A stretch of DNA of 61,159 bases, filler included, from Candidatus Omnitrophota bacterium (GCA_023140385.1; 4 parts of 4 records of this genome joined end to end with filler, not necessarily neighbours in it); one strand, 5' to 3'; shown: positions 40,239 to 50,531, counted from the whole stretch's first letter. A program made the numbers and translations. Notes: a model not told the origin generated them from the letters alone.

Positions 40239-40258
40239 GAAAATAGAACCGTCCCCCT

Positions 40259-41167
40259 TTATTGTTGCTCTATGACATAACCTCTTTTTTTAAAAAATTC
40301 TACTAAGCCCTCCGCGCCTACAAGATGGGCGGCTCCTACGATTACCAGAACATTTTCATTTTGCCGCGTTAAGGTTTCAATTTTTGGTATCCAATTTTTA
40401 TTTCTTTGAATAATAAAACGGTTATATATGTCGGGAAACCCTTCAAAGCCTTCCTTTATAAGTAAATTTAATTTATTACTATCACCCGCTTTCCAGGCGC
40501 TTACCAAATCATTCATCGAGGTTTCCATAACATTCAAATCTTTAAGTGTCTGTTTTAAAAATAACTCTTGTTCCTGAGCGCTCATTTGAGCAAGGAGGTT
40601 AATTTGAAATTCAGCGGTTTCTAAAAAATCCAGTTCTTTTTCATCTTGCTTGGCCTTATTATAAAAATAGTTGTCTATTCCGTAGTCCTGATTAAATCCC
40701 AGCCTTTGAAGCTCCATAACGGTTAACATTAAACCGCAAAGCCAGGGCCTGAAGCATTGAAACTGAGCCGCCGGCAGGCCGATTCCCGCCGCTTTACTTT
40801 CAAATAACGCGTAGGTTTCTTCAGAGATGTTCTGCTTGAGCGTTTCTCCCTCCAGATAAAGGCCAAGCGTCATCATCTTAGCTTGAAACTCGGGATCACT
40901 CAGACTACCTATGTCAGCTTCCAGCACTATCTTATCGCAATCATCGTATGCTTTTTCGAATTCTCTTGCCGGCGGGAAAGAATCACTTTTTAAGATATGT
41001 ATAGAGCCTAACAAATAAACTGTATTTTTTTCTGTTTTTATAGACCACAGGCAGTTATTGTTTGTTTGAGTTTCGGGGTTTTCCTGGGTATGAGCTATGC
41101 AGGCAAAAGCGTATACTGATAAAACAAAGACAAAAAGAAAAAAAGTTTTACGTTTAATATTTTTCAT
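40259..41167 (-). CDS. TraB/GumN (TIKI-like) family exported protein
   Basis: Signal peptide; YLLGSIH, LETAEFQ, RNKNW, VGAAHLVG motifs. Confidence 0.9.
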   Translation of the reverse strand: MKNIKRKTFFLFVFVLSVYAFACIAHTQENPETQTNNNCLWSIKTEKNTVYLLGSIHILKSDSFPPAREFEKAYDDCDKIVLEADIGSLSDPEFQAKMMTLGLYLEGETLKQNISEETYALFESKAAGIGLPAAQFQCFRPWLCGLMLTVMELQRLGFNQDYGIDNYFYNKAKQDEKELDFLETAEFQINLLAQMSAQEQELFLKQTLKDLNVMETSMNDLVSAWKAGDSNKLNLLIKEGFEGFPDIYNRFIIQRNKNWIPKIETLTRQNENVLVIVGAAHLVGAEGLVEFFKKRGYVIEQQ

Positions 41168-41169
41168 TG

Positions 41170-44100
41170 TTACGCGGGAACGGGTTCTTTTTCCGGGCTG
41201 GATGCCTCTTCTTTTTCGTCTACAAATTTGACGGAGACTACTTTGGAAATGCCGGATTCCTCCATTGTTATGCCGTACATAACATCCGCCATATTGATAG
41301 TTTTTTTGTTGTGAGTTATTATGATGAATTGAGAGGTTTTAATAAAATCACTTAGTACCCTGCTAAAGCGGACAACGTTAGACTCATCAAGCGGAGCGTC
41401 TATTTCATCCAACACGCAAAAAGGGCTCGGCTTTACCTTAAAGACGGCAAACAAAAGGGCGATGGCGCATAGGGCTTTTTCGCCGCCTGACATTAAAGTA
41501 ATGTTTTGAAGTTTTTTACCCGGAGGCCTGGCAATAATCTCTATGCCGCTTTCCAGTACGTTGTTTTCTTCGGTTAAGACCAGTTTGGCGTTTCCGCCGC
41601 CAAAAAGAAGTTTAAAGAACTCCTCAAAGCATACGCGTATCATCTCAAAAGTCTCTTTAAACATCTTAGTGGTTGTGCGGTTCATTTTTTGGATGGCTTT
41701 ATGCAGTGATTCTTTAGCTTCCTCAAGGTCCTGCTGTTGACGGCTCAAAAAGTCAAACCGCTCTCTTAGCTCTTCATATTCTTCAATGGCCACGAGATTC
41801 ACGCTTCCCATTGACTCCAACTGTTTTTTTAAAGCGGCTATTTCTTTCTCAATCTCCTGCCAGTCGGCATTTTTATCAATGTTAATCTCCGCCTCGCTTA
41901 AATTCACGTTGTAAGCGCTGAATGTCTTTTCGATTAAGTTTTCAATTCTGAGTGAACATTCGGTGTTTTTAACCTCAAAAGTATGCATATTATTCCTAAG
42001 GCCATTAAGCCGTTCTTGCTTATCCCTTAAGAGATTTTGCTGTTCCTTTAAGGTTTGAGAGGCGGCTTGCCTGTTCCCCTCAATTGACCGGATATTTTCT
42101 TCTAACGCCTTTTTTTCGCCGCGCAAGTTTCCGTTAAGACCGTTTAGTCTGTCAATTTCTTTTTTCAACTGTTCTATTTTTTCGCCGGAAGAGGTAATTT
42201 CTCCCTGCGAATTTAGCTGAACCGCCTCAGACTCTTCAATTGATTTTTCCAGTACACCGCAGGTATCCGCTTGATTAGCGTATAGTTTGTCAATGGATGA
42301 TAGTTCAGTATCTATTTGAGCTATCTTTACCTGTGTCTCTTGCGCCCGGCATTTTTTCTCTTCAATCAAACGCTGACTTTCCAGAATAACACTTTGCAGT
42401 TCTGTATTTTTTTGATGTACCTCAACCGCGACGTTTTCGTCCTCTTGCTGTTTATTAATCAAGCTATCTTTTTCAGCCTGAGTTTCTTCAAGTTCTGAAA
42501 TCACTAAGGTAATTTCATCTTCGTATTTCTTCAGGTCTTCTGTAACTGAATTGAGTTCCGACTCAATGTTGGCTCTCCTGATATCCTGCTGATGAATTGA
42601 CTCCTGAAGGCTTCTTTCTTTTTCAGCGAGGGATACTAACTCCTTTTCCTTAGCCAGCATTGTTTCTTTGAAAGCGGCTGATTCTTCCTCGAGTTCCGCG
42701 CATCTGAGCTGGAGTTTATTTATTTTGGCTTCCCTTCCTATTAGGCTCATTTCTTCCTTTATACGGTAACTTCCGCCAGCCAGCCCCCTCTTGGTAATTA
42801 TTTCTCCATTTCGAGTTATCATACGCAGAGTTGAGTCAGCAGACAGTCCCCTGAGGACTTCTTTAGCCATGGTAGTATCCTTTACCAGATAAGCGTCTGC
42901 CAGCAGAAACAGTACAATCTTTTTATATTCATCGGCTACTTCAATAAAATTAACAAGTGAACCCAGTGTTTTGCCGGATATTTCCGGGTCAGGTTCAGAA
43001 GCCGACTTCGTAAAGTTTTCAAGCGGTAGAAAATTAACCCAGCCCAGATTATTGGTTTTTAAAAATTCTATGGCTTCTTCAGCCTGCCGGCCGGTCTCAA
43101 CCACGATGCTTTGTACATTTATTCCGAGAGCTATTTCCATCGGGACTTCATATTCTTCTTTGACTCGTATTAAATTGGCTATCGAATCGCGCAGGCCGTC
43201 AAAAGGAAGCCGGTTTTCTTTGGCATAAATTAAAAGTGTTTTGACAGATTGCGTGTAGCCTTCAAAGCGCTCCTTCAGGTCTTTAAGAAAATTAAGTTTG
43301 GATTTTAAGGATGTTAAGAGATGATTCACATTAACACTTTTGGCCTGGAGAGAGCTAAGTGTATCTTTTGCTTTATTGGTTACCTCAAGCAGCTGCTTCT
43401 CTTCGTTTTTCAGGTTGAGCAAGCCGGTTGCTATTGTATTCTTTTTAGACTTTAGCTCATCATATTTCTCGACAGCTTGCTTGTTTTCTGTCTCAGTCTC
43501 CTCCTTCTCCAGATTAAGCCTCCTTAGGCGGGCGCTAATATTCTGCAAATTAGCTTTAATTTGTGTAAGTTCGTTACTTATTCTGGTCTCACTTGAAGCG
43601 AGCTCCACTATCTCAGACTCATCCTGAGTTACCAGGCGGCAGAACTCTTCTATTTCCGCGTTGAGACTGTTTAACAGCTCTTCATTTTCGCGTAGATTTT
43701 CGTTTTTTTTCGTGGTGCCCGCTTCTATTTGCTCTAACTCTTCTTTGGCATCCTTTATCTGGTTTTTTAGTTTACCGATCTTTTCCTCGTTGGAATTTTT
43801 TTGTTCTGACACATACGTTATTCTGTCATCGAGTTCTTTAATCCTTTCCGCGTCCATATCGAGCCTTGAACTGTTTTTTTCAATCTCACTCGCTGTGCTT
43901 ATCATATTTGTTTTAAAAACAGACAGCTTCTCTTCTATTTCCTGAAGACGGTTTCTTTGAAAGTTAACTTTTTTGTCTATGTCGGTAATACTATTGATAA
44001 AAGAGATTTCTTTCTCTTTAAGGCTGTCCTTTTCAGAAACCGAGGTATTGTTTTCATTTTTGAGTAAGAGATACCCCCGGTAAGAATTTTTTACATCAAG

Positions 44101-44772
44101 GCCCTTAAGCCGTTCAAATCTTTCTTTATATCTTTCCGCCTTGCGCGCCTGTCGCTCTATCGATTTTATTTGACGCGATACTTCAAGCATAACGTCATTT
44201 AAACGCTGTAAATTAGTGACGGTATGCTCCAGTTTTCTCAGGGCTTCCGCCTTTTTTGATTTGAATCTGGTAATTCCGGCCGCCTCTTCAAAGATATGCC
44301 TTCTATCTTCCGGCCGTGTACTTAGTATCAGGTCTATCTTGCCCTGCTCAATGAGAGAGTAAGATACCGTGCCGACACCGGTTCCGTGAAATAATCCCTG
44401 TATATCTTTTAACCTTACTCTGGTTTTATTTAACAGGTATTCGCTTTCGCCTGATCTATGGACTCTCCGGGTTATGGTTACTTCATCGTAATCTATAGGC
44501 AGAGCTTTACTTTCATTAGAGAATGTTAAAGAAACCTCAGCTATATTTATTGGATCCCGGGTATTGGTGCCGTTGAAGATAACATCTTCCATAGAAACTC
44601 CGCGCATCGCCGATGGCCTCTGTTCGCCCAGTACCCACTTTATAGAGTCGGCTATATTTGATTTGCCGCAGCCATTAGGCCCAACGATGGCGGTAACGCC
44701 CGGTTCAAAATCTATCCTGGTCTTCTCGGCAAAAGATTTAAAACCAAAAAGTTCTAATTTTTTCAATCGCAT
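41170..44772 (-). CDS. smc: Chromosome segregation protein SMC
   Basis: GFKSF, GPNGCGKSN, long coiled coils with hinge, MSGGEK, LDEIDAPLD. Confidence 0.97.
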   Translation of the reverse strand: MRLKKLELFGFKSFAEKTRIDFEPGVTAIVGPNGCGKSNIADSIKWVLGEQRPSAMRGVSMEDVIFNGTNTRDPINIAEVSLTFSNESKALPIDYDEVTITRRVHRSGESEYLLNKTRVRLKDIQGLFHGTGVGTVSYSLIEQGKIDLILSTRPEDRRHIFEEAAGITRFKSKKAEALRKLEHTVTNLQRLNDVMLEVSRQIKSIERQARKAERYKERFERLKGLDVKNSYRGYLLLKNENNTSVSEKDSLKEKEISFINSITDIDKKVNFQRNRLQEIEEKLSVFKTNMISTASEIEKNSSRLDMDAERIKELDDRITYVSEQKNSNEEKIGKLKNQIKDAKEELEQIEAGTTKKNENLRENEELLNSLNAEIEEFCRLVTQDESEIVELASSETRISNELTQIKANLQNISARLRRLNLEKEETETENKQAVEKYDELKSKKNTIATGLLNLKNEEKQLLEVTNKAKDTLSSLQAKSVNVNHLLTSLKSKLNFLKDLKERFEGYTQSVKTLLIYAKENRLPFDGLRDSIANLIRVKEEYEVPMEIALGINVQSIVVETGRQAEEAIEFLKTNNLGWVNFLPLENFTKSASEPDPEISGKTLGSLVNFIEVADEYKKIVLFLLADAYLVKDTTMAKEVLRGLSADSTLRMITRNGEIITKRGLAGGSYRIKEEMSLIGREAKINKLQLRCAELEEESAAFKETMLAKEKELVSLAEKERSLQESIHQQDIRRANIESELNSVTEDLKKYEDEITLVISELEETQAEKDSLINKQQEDENVAVEVHQKNTELQSVILESQRLIEEKKCRAQETQVKIAQIDTELSSIDKLYANQADTCGVLEKSIEESEAVQLNSQGEITSSGEKIEQLKKEIDRLNGLNGNLRGEKKALEENIRSIEGNRQAASQTLKEQQNLLRDKQERLNGLRNNMHTFEVKNTECSLRIENLIEKTFSAYNVNLSEAEINIDKNADWQEIEKEIAALKKQLESMGSVNLVAIEEYEELRERFDFLSRQQQDLEEAKESLHKAIQKMNRTTTKMFKETFEMIRVCFEEFFKLLFGGGNAKLVLTEENNVLESGIEIIARPPGKKLQNITLMSGGEKALCAIALLFAVFKVKPSPFCVLDEIDAPLDESNVVRFSRVLSDFIKTSQFIIITHNKKTINMADVMYGITMEESGISKVVSVKFVDEKEEASSPEKEPVPA

Positions 44773-44833
44773 AAAGACACATTTCCTCCGTTAAAAAAAC
44801 GGTTTAAACTATAAAATCCCCCCAACATAATAA

Positions 44834-44862
44834 AATATAGCATAATCTTTCATATCTGTCAA
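44834..44862 (-). promoter_or_regulatory. Candidate sigma70 promoter for smc (TTGACA-17-TATATT, extended -10)
   Basis: Hexamers at 44857-62 and 44834-39. Confidence 0.6.
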
Positions 44863-44910
44863 GGCTACAAACAGTTATGTGAATTTTTGTTTTTTTCATC
44901 ATTAATACAG

Positions 44911-44948
44911 GTACTACATATTGTGGTCTTAGGAGCTATATGTTGTGG
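44911..44948. promoter_or_regulatory. Tandem NrdR-box-like sites
   Basis: GTACTACATATTGTGG (44911-26) and GAGCTATATGTTGTGG (44933-48), 22 bp apart, resembling the consensus acaCwAtATaTwGtgt. Confidence 0.55.
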
Positions 44949-46159
44949 TTTGGGGAATTTTTTAACTTTTTCGTCAAGGCGGGAACAATCTGAAAGAGAT
45001 CACCTACAACTCTGTAATTGGCAACATTAAATATAGGGGCATGAGGGTCTTTATTTATAGCAATAATTACTTTCGAAGACTGCATACCTACTAAATGCTG
45101 GATTTGGCCGGAGATACCGCAGGCAATGTAAATTTTAGGGCAAACCGTACGTCCCGTTTGTCCGACCTGATGGGAGTATGGAATCCAGCCTTCATCAACA
45201 ACTGAACGAGTCGCGCCTATAGCCGCGTTAAGAACCTTGGCCAGTTCTTCAATTATTTTGAAGTTTTCTTCTGAACCAACACCTCTTCCGCCGGCTACAA
45301 TAATATCCGCTTCGGTAATATTTATCGTTTCCTCTATTTCTTCAACTATATCTTTTAATATACTCCGCGGAGAATTAAATAAGGCGGTATCGATGTTTTC
45401 TTCAATAATTACGCCTTTTTTTGTATGATCCTCGCCCGCCTCCTGAAACACCTTATGACGAACAGTGGCCATTTGAGGACGGTGGTTTTTGCAGACAATA
45501 GTGGCCATTATGTTACCGCCAAAGGCCGGCCGCGTCTGCAAAAGCAGTCCACTTTTCTTGTCTATCTCGAGGCCTGTGCAGTCAGCCGTTAAACCCGTGT
45601 TTAATTTTATCGCCAGACGGGGAATTAGAGAGCGGCCGATTGTTGTTGCTCCGGCTAAAATTATCTCCGGCTTGTACTTTTTAGCAAGTTCTTCGATAAC
45701 TACAGAATAAGGTTCACTTTGATAGTGCGTAAGCTCCGCGTTCTCAACAATGATAACCTGATCAGCCCCGCGCCATATTAAACACTGAGCTTCGTCTTTT
45801 ACGTTACTGCCTAATAAAACGGCGGTTACTTTAGTTCCAAGCTCATCCGCCAGCTGACGCGCTTTATAAAGCAATTCAAAAGAAACAGGCTGCAGCTTAT
45901 TATTTTTTTGCTCGGCCATAATCCAGACACCCTTAGCCTCATTCAGACTTATTACCGAAGAGAAACCGGCTTTTTTTTCTATCTCTATGGCATTGAATTT
46001 GCAGGCGCCGGCACAAGCAGCACACAAGGTACACTTGTCATAGTCAATGACCGCTTTTGATGATTTCATGGAAATGGCGTTAAAGGCACAGCTATTTACG
46101 CAAAGGCCGCAGCCAACACATTTATCTTTTAATATGGTAATTTTCTTTAAAACTTTCAA
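44936..46159 (-). CDS. etfA: Electron transfer flavoprotein alpha subunit with N-terminal 2x[4Fe-4S] ferredoxin domain
   Basis: CVGCGLCVNSC and CTLCAACAGAC; GLTADCT, RPAFGGN, QVGQTG, GISGQIQH. Confidence 0.95.
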   Translation of the reverse strand: MKVLKKITILKDKCVGCGLCVNSCAFNAISMKSSKAVIDYDKCTLCAACAGACKFNAIEIEKKAGFSSVISLNEAKGVWIMAEQKNNKLQPVSFELLYKARQLADELGTKVTAVLLGSNVKDEAQCLIWRGADQVIIVENAELTHYQSEPYSVVIEELAKKYKPEIILAGATTIGRSLIPRLAIKLNTGLTADCTGLEIDKKSGLLLQTRPAFGGNIMATIVCKNHRPQMATVRHKVFQEAGEDHTKKGVIIEENIDTALFNSPRSILKDIVEEIEETINITEADIIVAGGRGVGSEENFKIIEELAKVLNAAIGATRSVVDEGWIPYSHQVGQTGRTVCPKIYIACGISGQIQHLVGMQSSKVIIAINKDPHAPIFNVANYRVVGDLFQIVPALTKKLKNSPNHNI

Positions 46160-46959
46160 TTATGCTCCTTTATAACCTGAGCTAACTTTTCCGCGATATC
46201 AGGTATCTCGCCTTCAATAATCAACCCCTCTTCTCTTTGGGGCGGAGAAAAAATCTTCATCACCTGTGTCGGAGAACCATCAAGCCCCAGATACTCCGGC
46301 TTAACATCCAAATCATCGACTGTTAAAACTTTTATTTCCGCCTTTTTTGCCTTCATCATCCCTCTTAATGAGGGTATCCTTGGTTCGTTTATTTCTTTTA
46401 CGACAGTTAGTAGGCATGGCAGGCTTACTTCAATTACTTCATAACCTTCCTCAATCAACCTTTCAGCGGTTATCTTACCGTTTTTCAGGGCACTAATCTT
46501 TTTAACGTAGGTAACCTGAGGTATATCCAGATGGATTGAGATACCCGGCCCTACCTGCGCCGTATCTCCGTCAGCCGCCTGTTTGCCGCAGATTATCAGA
46601 TTATAACCTTTTATTGTTTCTATAGCTTTAGCTATAGTATAGCTGGTAGCCCAGGTATCACTGCCGGCAAATGCCCTGTCCGATAATAAGATACCTTCGT
46701 CGGCTCCCATTGCTATAGCCTCCCGTAAGACGCTTTCCGCTTGAGGAGGCCCCATACTTAATGCTGTAACTCTGCCGCCGTATTTTTCTTTCAGGAGCAC
46801 TCCCTCTTCCACAGCGTATCTGTCAAAGGGGTTCATGATTGACTCTACTCCCTCGCGTATAAGAGTGTTGGTTTCGGGGTCTATTTTTACGTCTGTTGTA
46901 TCCGGAACCTGTTTTACACAAACTATAATATTTAAGGTTTTTTTATCTTCCATAAGCAC
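46156..46959 (-). CDS. etfB: Electron transfer flavoprotein beta subunit (bifurcating-type motifs)
   Basis: VKQVPDT, NPFD, DRAFAGSDTWAT, GKQAADGDTAQVGP, GSPT; start may be ATG 46953. Confidence 0.95.
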   Translation of the reverse strand: MLMEDKKTLNIIVCVKQVPDTTDVKIDPETNTLIREGVESIMNPFDRYAVEEGVLLKEKYGGRVTALSMGPPQAESVLREAIAMGADEGILLSDRAFAGSDTWATSYTIAKAIETIKGYNLIICGKQAADGDTAQVGPGISIHLDIPQVTYVKKISALKNGKITAERLIEEGYEVIEVSLPCLLTVVKEINEPRIPSLRGMMKAKKAEIKVLTVDDLDVKPEYLGLDGSPTQVMKIFSPPQREEGLIIEGEIPDIAEKLAQVIKEHN

Positions 46960-46987
46960 TCTTTTAGGTTAATGACTTCCCTTAAGC

Positions 46988-48148
46988 TCAAGATCGTTTT
47001 TTTCGGGACTCTTTAATTAGGCTGGAAGCGATAATGTTTCGCTGTATTTGATTGGTGCCTTCGTAAATTTGGGTTATCTTAGCGTCGCGCATATACTTTT
47101 CTATAGGATAATCCTTCATATATCCGTAACCGCCGTAAATCTGGATACAGTCGACGGTAACCTTCATCGCCACGTCGGAAGCATACATTTTAGACATAGC
47201 TGACGGGCGGGAAGTATTGGTTTTACCGGCATCAATCATTCTTGCTGTCGAATAGATGAGCGCGCGGGCGGCTTCAATTTGCGTAGTCATATCGGCCAGC
47301 ATAAATTGTATGCCCTGAAAGCCGGCAATAAACTTACCAAACTGCTTTCTCTCACAAGCATAATTTACGGTTAAATCCAACGCTCCCTGGGCAATACCCA
47401 AAGCCTGGGCGGCAACACCCGGACGTGAAACATCAAAGGTTTTCATTGTTATAATAAAACCCATTCCCTCTCTGCTTAATAAGTTTTCAGCGGGCACCCG
47501 GCATTCATTAAAAATTAACTCTGAAGTAGTGCTGGCCCTGATACCTAATTTGTCTTCTTTTTTCCCAAATGAAAAACCTTTTGTGCCCTTTTCAACTATA
47601 AAAGCGCTGGCCCCCCTCGCCCCCTTCGCTTTATTAGTCATAGCGATAATTACGTATACATCAGCAACTTCACCGTTAGTAATAAAGTGCTTTGTTCCGT
47701 TTAATATATAGTGGTCTCCGTCTTTTTTCGCCGTAGTACTGATAGCTGAAGCGTCACTGCCGGCTCCCGGTTCGGTAACCGCAAAAGCGGCCAATTTTTT
47801 ACCACTGGCCAAATCCGGCAAAAACTTCTTTTTTTGCTCGTCATTACCAAATAATAAAATTGGATATGTTCCCAGCGCGCTGGCCGCGTAACAAACGGAA
47901 ATCCCGCCGCAGGCCTTTGAGAGTTCTTCAGTAACCAGGCATAACTCAAAAACGCCGCCCCCAAATCCTCCAAACTCCTCGGGAAGATAAACGCCGAAAA
48001 GGTCGCTGTCGGCCAATGTTTTCATTATCTCATAAGGAAACTCACTTTTTTCATCGAGCTCAGCCGCTACAGGCCGAATCTTTTCTTCGGCTATTTTACG
48101 GGATAAATCCCGCATCATCATTTGTTCCTCAGTTAATAAGTAATCCAT
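46988..48148 (-). CDS. Short-chain acyl-CoA dehydrogenase (Bcd-like)
   Basis: [39 protein letters not shown] motifs. Confidence 0.92.
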   Translation of the reverse strand: MDYLLTEEQMMMRDLSRKIAEEKIRPVAAELDEKSEFPYEIMKTLADSDLFGVYLPEEFGGFGGGVFELCLVTEELSKACGGISVCYAASALGTYPILLFGNDEQKKKFLPDLASGKKLAAFAVTEPGAGSDASAISTTAKKDGDHYILNGTKHFITNGEVADVYVIIAMTNKAKGARGASAFIVEKGTKGFSFGKKEDKLGIRASTTSELIFNECRVPAENLLSREGMGFIITMKTFDVSRPGVAAQALGIAQGALDLTVNYACERKQFGKFIAGFQGIQFMLADMTTQIEAARALIYSTARMIDAGKTNTSRPSAMSKMYASDVAMKVTVDCIQIYGGYGYMKDYPIEKYMRDAKITQIYEGTNQIQRNIIASSLIKESRKKRS

Positions 48149-48177
48149 AGTACACAGCTCCTGCTAATTAGTTGAGG

Positions 48178-49416
48178 CTAACTAAACTTCTTTAAGGCTA
48201 TGGTCGCGTTGTGGCCGCCAAAACCCAGGCCATTTGATATAGCAACGTTTATATCTTTTTTTCGAACTTTATTTGGAACATAATCAAGATCGCAATCAGG
48301 ATCCGGATATTGATAATTAATGGTAGGAAGTATAACGCCCTCTTTTAAAGAAATTGCGGTGGCAATAGCTTCTACGGCACCGGCAGCGCCTAACATATGA
48401 CCCGTCATAGATTTAATTGAACTTACGGCTAATTTTCGCGATGAATCTTTGAAAACGGCTTTGATGGCCATAGTTTCCACTTTGTCATTTAAACTGGTAG
48501 ATGTCCCGTGGGCGTTGATATAATCAACCTCGTCATAGTTTATACCGGCATCGGTTAGGGCTGCCTCCATTGAAGCGATAGCTCCTTTGGCTTCAGGGTC
48601 CGGCGCGGTCATATGATAAGCATCGCAGGTTGCGCCATAGCCAACCAACTCGGCAATAATGGGGGCCCCTCTTTTCTTTGCTAAATCAAAAGACTCCAAA
48701 ACAAGGATACCGGCTCCTTCAGCCATTACAAATCCATCTCTTTCTTTATCAAAAGGACGGCTGGCATGCCGGGGATCATCATTTCGCGTGGAAAGCGCCT
48801 TCGCTGAACAAAAACCTCCAACTCCAAGAGGACAAATACAGTTTTCCGTACCGCCGGCCAGCATAATATCCGCCCTACCCGCCTGAATTAATCTAAAGGC
48901 CTCTCCGATAGCATGATTGCTTGAGGCGCAAGCCGTAACTATCGCGAAGTTTGGCCCTTTCAGATTGTAATTAATAGCTATTTGTCCCGGCGCCATATTG
49001 ACAATAAGCATGGGTATTAAAAAAGGAGAAATTCTTTTTGGACCTCTTTCAAGCAGAATTGTATGCTGCTTTTCTATAGTCATAAGCCCGCCGATACCGG
49101 AACCCATTACGCAGCCGATACGTTCCGGCTCAATTTTATCAAAGTCAATTCCCGCGTCCTCAACAGCCTGTTTGGCAGCAACCACCGCGTATTGAACAAA
49201 GCCATCCATTTTCCTTAGTTCTTTGGAGTTTATTAATCCGGAGGGATCAAAATCTTTTACTTCACCGGCTATTTGCGCCGCGTATTGCGATACATCAAAT
49301 TTAGTAATTCTACCAATTCCGCTATAGCCGCTTATAAGAGACTGCCAGAACTCTTGTTTATTATTCCCGATAGGCGTAATCACACCTACGCCGGTAATAA
49401 CTACACGATTACCCAT
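48178..49416 (-). CDS. fabF: 3-oxoacyl-ACP synthase II
   Basis: TACASS, NAHGTST, KSMTGHMLGAAG, GFGGHN. Confidence 0.97.
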   Translation of the reverse strand: MGNRVVITGVGVITPIGNNKQEFWQSLISGYSGIGRITKFDVSQYAAQIAGEVKDFDPSGLINSKELRKMDGFVQYAVVAAKQAVEDAGIDFDKIEPERIGCVMGSGIGGLMTIEKQHTILLERGPKRISPFLIPMLIVNMAPGQIAINYNLKGPNFAIVTACASSNHAIGEAFRLIQAGRADIMLAGGTENCICPLGVGGFCSAKALSTRNDDPRHASRPFDKERDGFVMAEGAGILVLESFDLAKKRGAPIIAELVGYGATCDAYHMTAPDPEAKGAIASMEAALTDAGINYDEVDYINAHGTSTSLNDKVETMAIKAVFKDSSRKLAVSSIKSMTGHMLGAAGAVEAIATAISLKEGVILPTINYQYPDPDCDLDYVPNKVRKKDINVAISNGLGFGGHNATIALKKFS

Positions 49417-49452
49417 AATTGCATCCTTAGACTTAAGTACCCGGAGAGCCGG

Positions 49453-49686
49453 CTACTTCTTTGCGTTTTCTATATATTTTATAGCTAAATCCACGGTGGT
49501 CATCTTTTCCGCTTCTTCATCCGGAATCTCTATTCCAAACTCATCCTCTAAAGCCATCACTAATTCCACCGTATCCAGAGAGTCCGCCCCCAGATCATCA
49601 ATGAATGACGATTTGGAAGTTATCTCTTCCTTTTTAACACCCAACTGCTCAGCAATTATTGATTTAATCTTTTCCTCTGTTGACAT
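49453..49686 (-). CDS. acpP: Acyl carrier protein
   Basis: [17 protein letters not shown]. Confidence 0.98.
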   Translation of the reverse strand: MSTEEKIKSIIAEQLGVKKEEITSKSSFIDDLGADSLDTVELVMALEDEFGIEIPDEEAEKMTTVDLAIKYIENAKK

Positions 49687-49701
49687 ATACTACTCCTCCC
49701 T

Positions 49702-49775
49702 TTAATGAGTCCCGCCGTAGCGGGACGCCTGCCTGCCGTCAGACAGGAATTAATCCCAAAACTTAAACAAGGGAT
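49702..49775 (-). repeat. Palindromic intergenic repeat, copy D (74 bp)
   Basis: Minus strand ATCCCTTGTTTAAGTTTTGGGA-TTAATT-CCTGTCTGACGGCAGGCAGG-CG-TCCCGCTACGGCGGGA-CTCATTAA, then AGGGAGGAG RBS of acpP. Confidence 0.9.
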
Positions 49776-49790
49776 ATTTTAATTTACTCC

Positions 49791-50531
49791 CTACATCAAC
49801 ATCCCGCCGTCTACCTGAATTACCTGTCCTGTGATATATTTAGACTGCGCTGATGATAAAAAAAGTACCAAATCGGCTATGTCCGCGGCCTCTCCAAACC
49901 TTCTAAGAGGTATTGTTTTTAACATCGCCTCCTTAACTTCTTCAGGCAGGCGTTCGGTCATTTTAGTAATAATGTACCCGGGAGCTATAGCGTTAACCCT
50001 TATTCCTTTTGAACCCAGCTCTTTGGCAACGGACTTTGTCAGACCTATTAATCCGGCTTTTGAAGCTGAATAATTTGACTGCCCGGCGTTACCCATAATT
50101 CCTATAATAGAAGCCATATTAATAATGACCCCATCTTTCTGCCTAAGCATCGGACGTGTTACCGCCTTAATAAAATTGAATGCTCCTTTTAGATTAATGG
50201 CCAGCACACTATCCCACTCAACCTCACTCATCCGAAGAAGCAGTTTGTCACGGGTAATCCCGGCATTATTGATAAGTATATCTATCTTTTTGAATTTGTC
50301 AAGCGTCTTATTGATTAAATCCTGAACCCCCCGATGGTCTATTACGTTAATCATTGAAGACATAATTTTCACGTTGAATTTTTCTAACTCAGAGCAGGCT
50401 TCTTTCAGCGCCTCTTGATTAACATCGCAAATCATAAGGTCAGAACCATTCTCCGCGAGTTTCTCCGCTATTTTCCTTCCGATTCCTTGAGCTGCTCCGG
50501 TAACTATTGACAGCTTTCCTTTTAATATCAT
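49791..50531 (-). CDS. fabG: 3-oxoacyl-ACP reductase
   Basis: TGAAQGIG, NNAGITRD, YSASK, VDGG. Confidence 0.96.
   Translation of the reverse strand: MILKGKLSIVTGAAQGIGRKIAEKLAENGSDLMICDVNQEALKEACSELEKFNVKIMSSMINVIDHRGVQDLINKTLDKFKKIDILINNAGITRDKLLLRMSEVEWDSVLAINLKGAFNFIKAVTRPMLRQKDGVIINMASIIGIMGNAGQSNYSASKAGLIGLTKSVAKELGSKGIRVNAIAPGYIITKMTERLPEEVKEAMLKTIPLRRFGEAADIADLVLFLSSAQSKYITGQVIQVDGGMLM

Larger units (their letters stand above)
39488..40256 (-). mobile_element. RAYT/IS200-like HUH-Y1 cassette bounded by perfect 17-bp inverted repeats
   Basis: GGGGACGGTTCTATTTT (39488-39504) and AAAATAGAACCGTCCCC (40240-40256) bracket the gene and its promoter. Confidence 0.75.

Noticed and set aside
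35333..48148. Functional link between the rib operon and the flavin-rich Bcd/Etf module
   Set aside because: Separated by smc, TraB/GumN and RAYT with their own predicted promoters; proximity alone is insufficient
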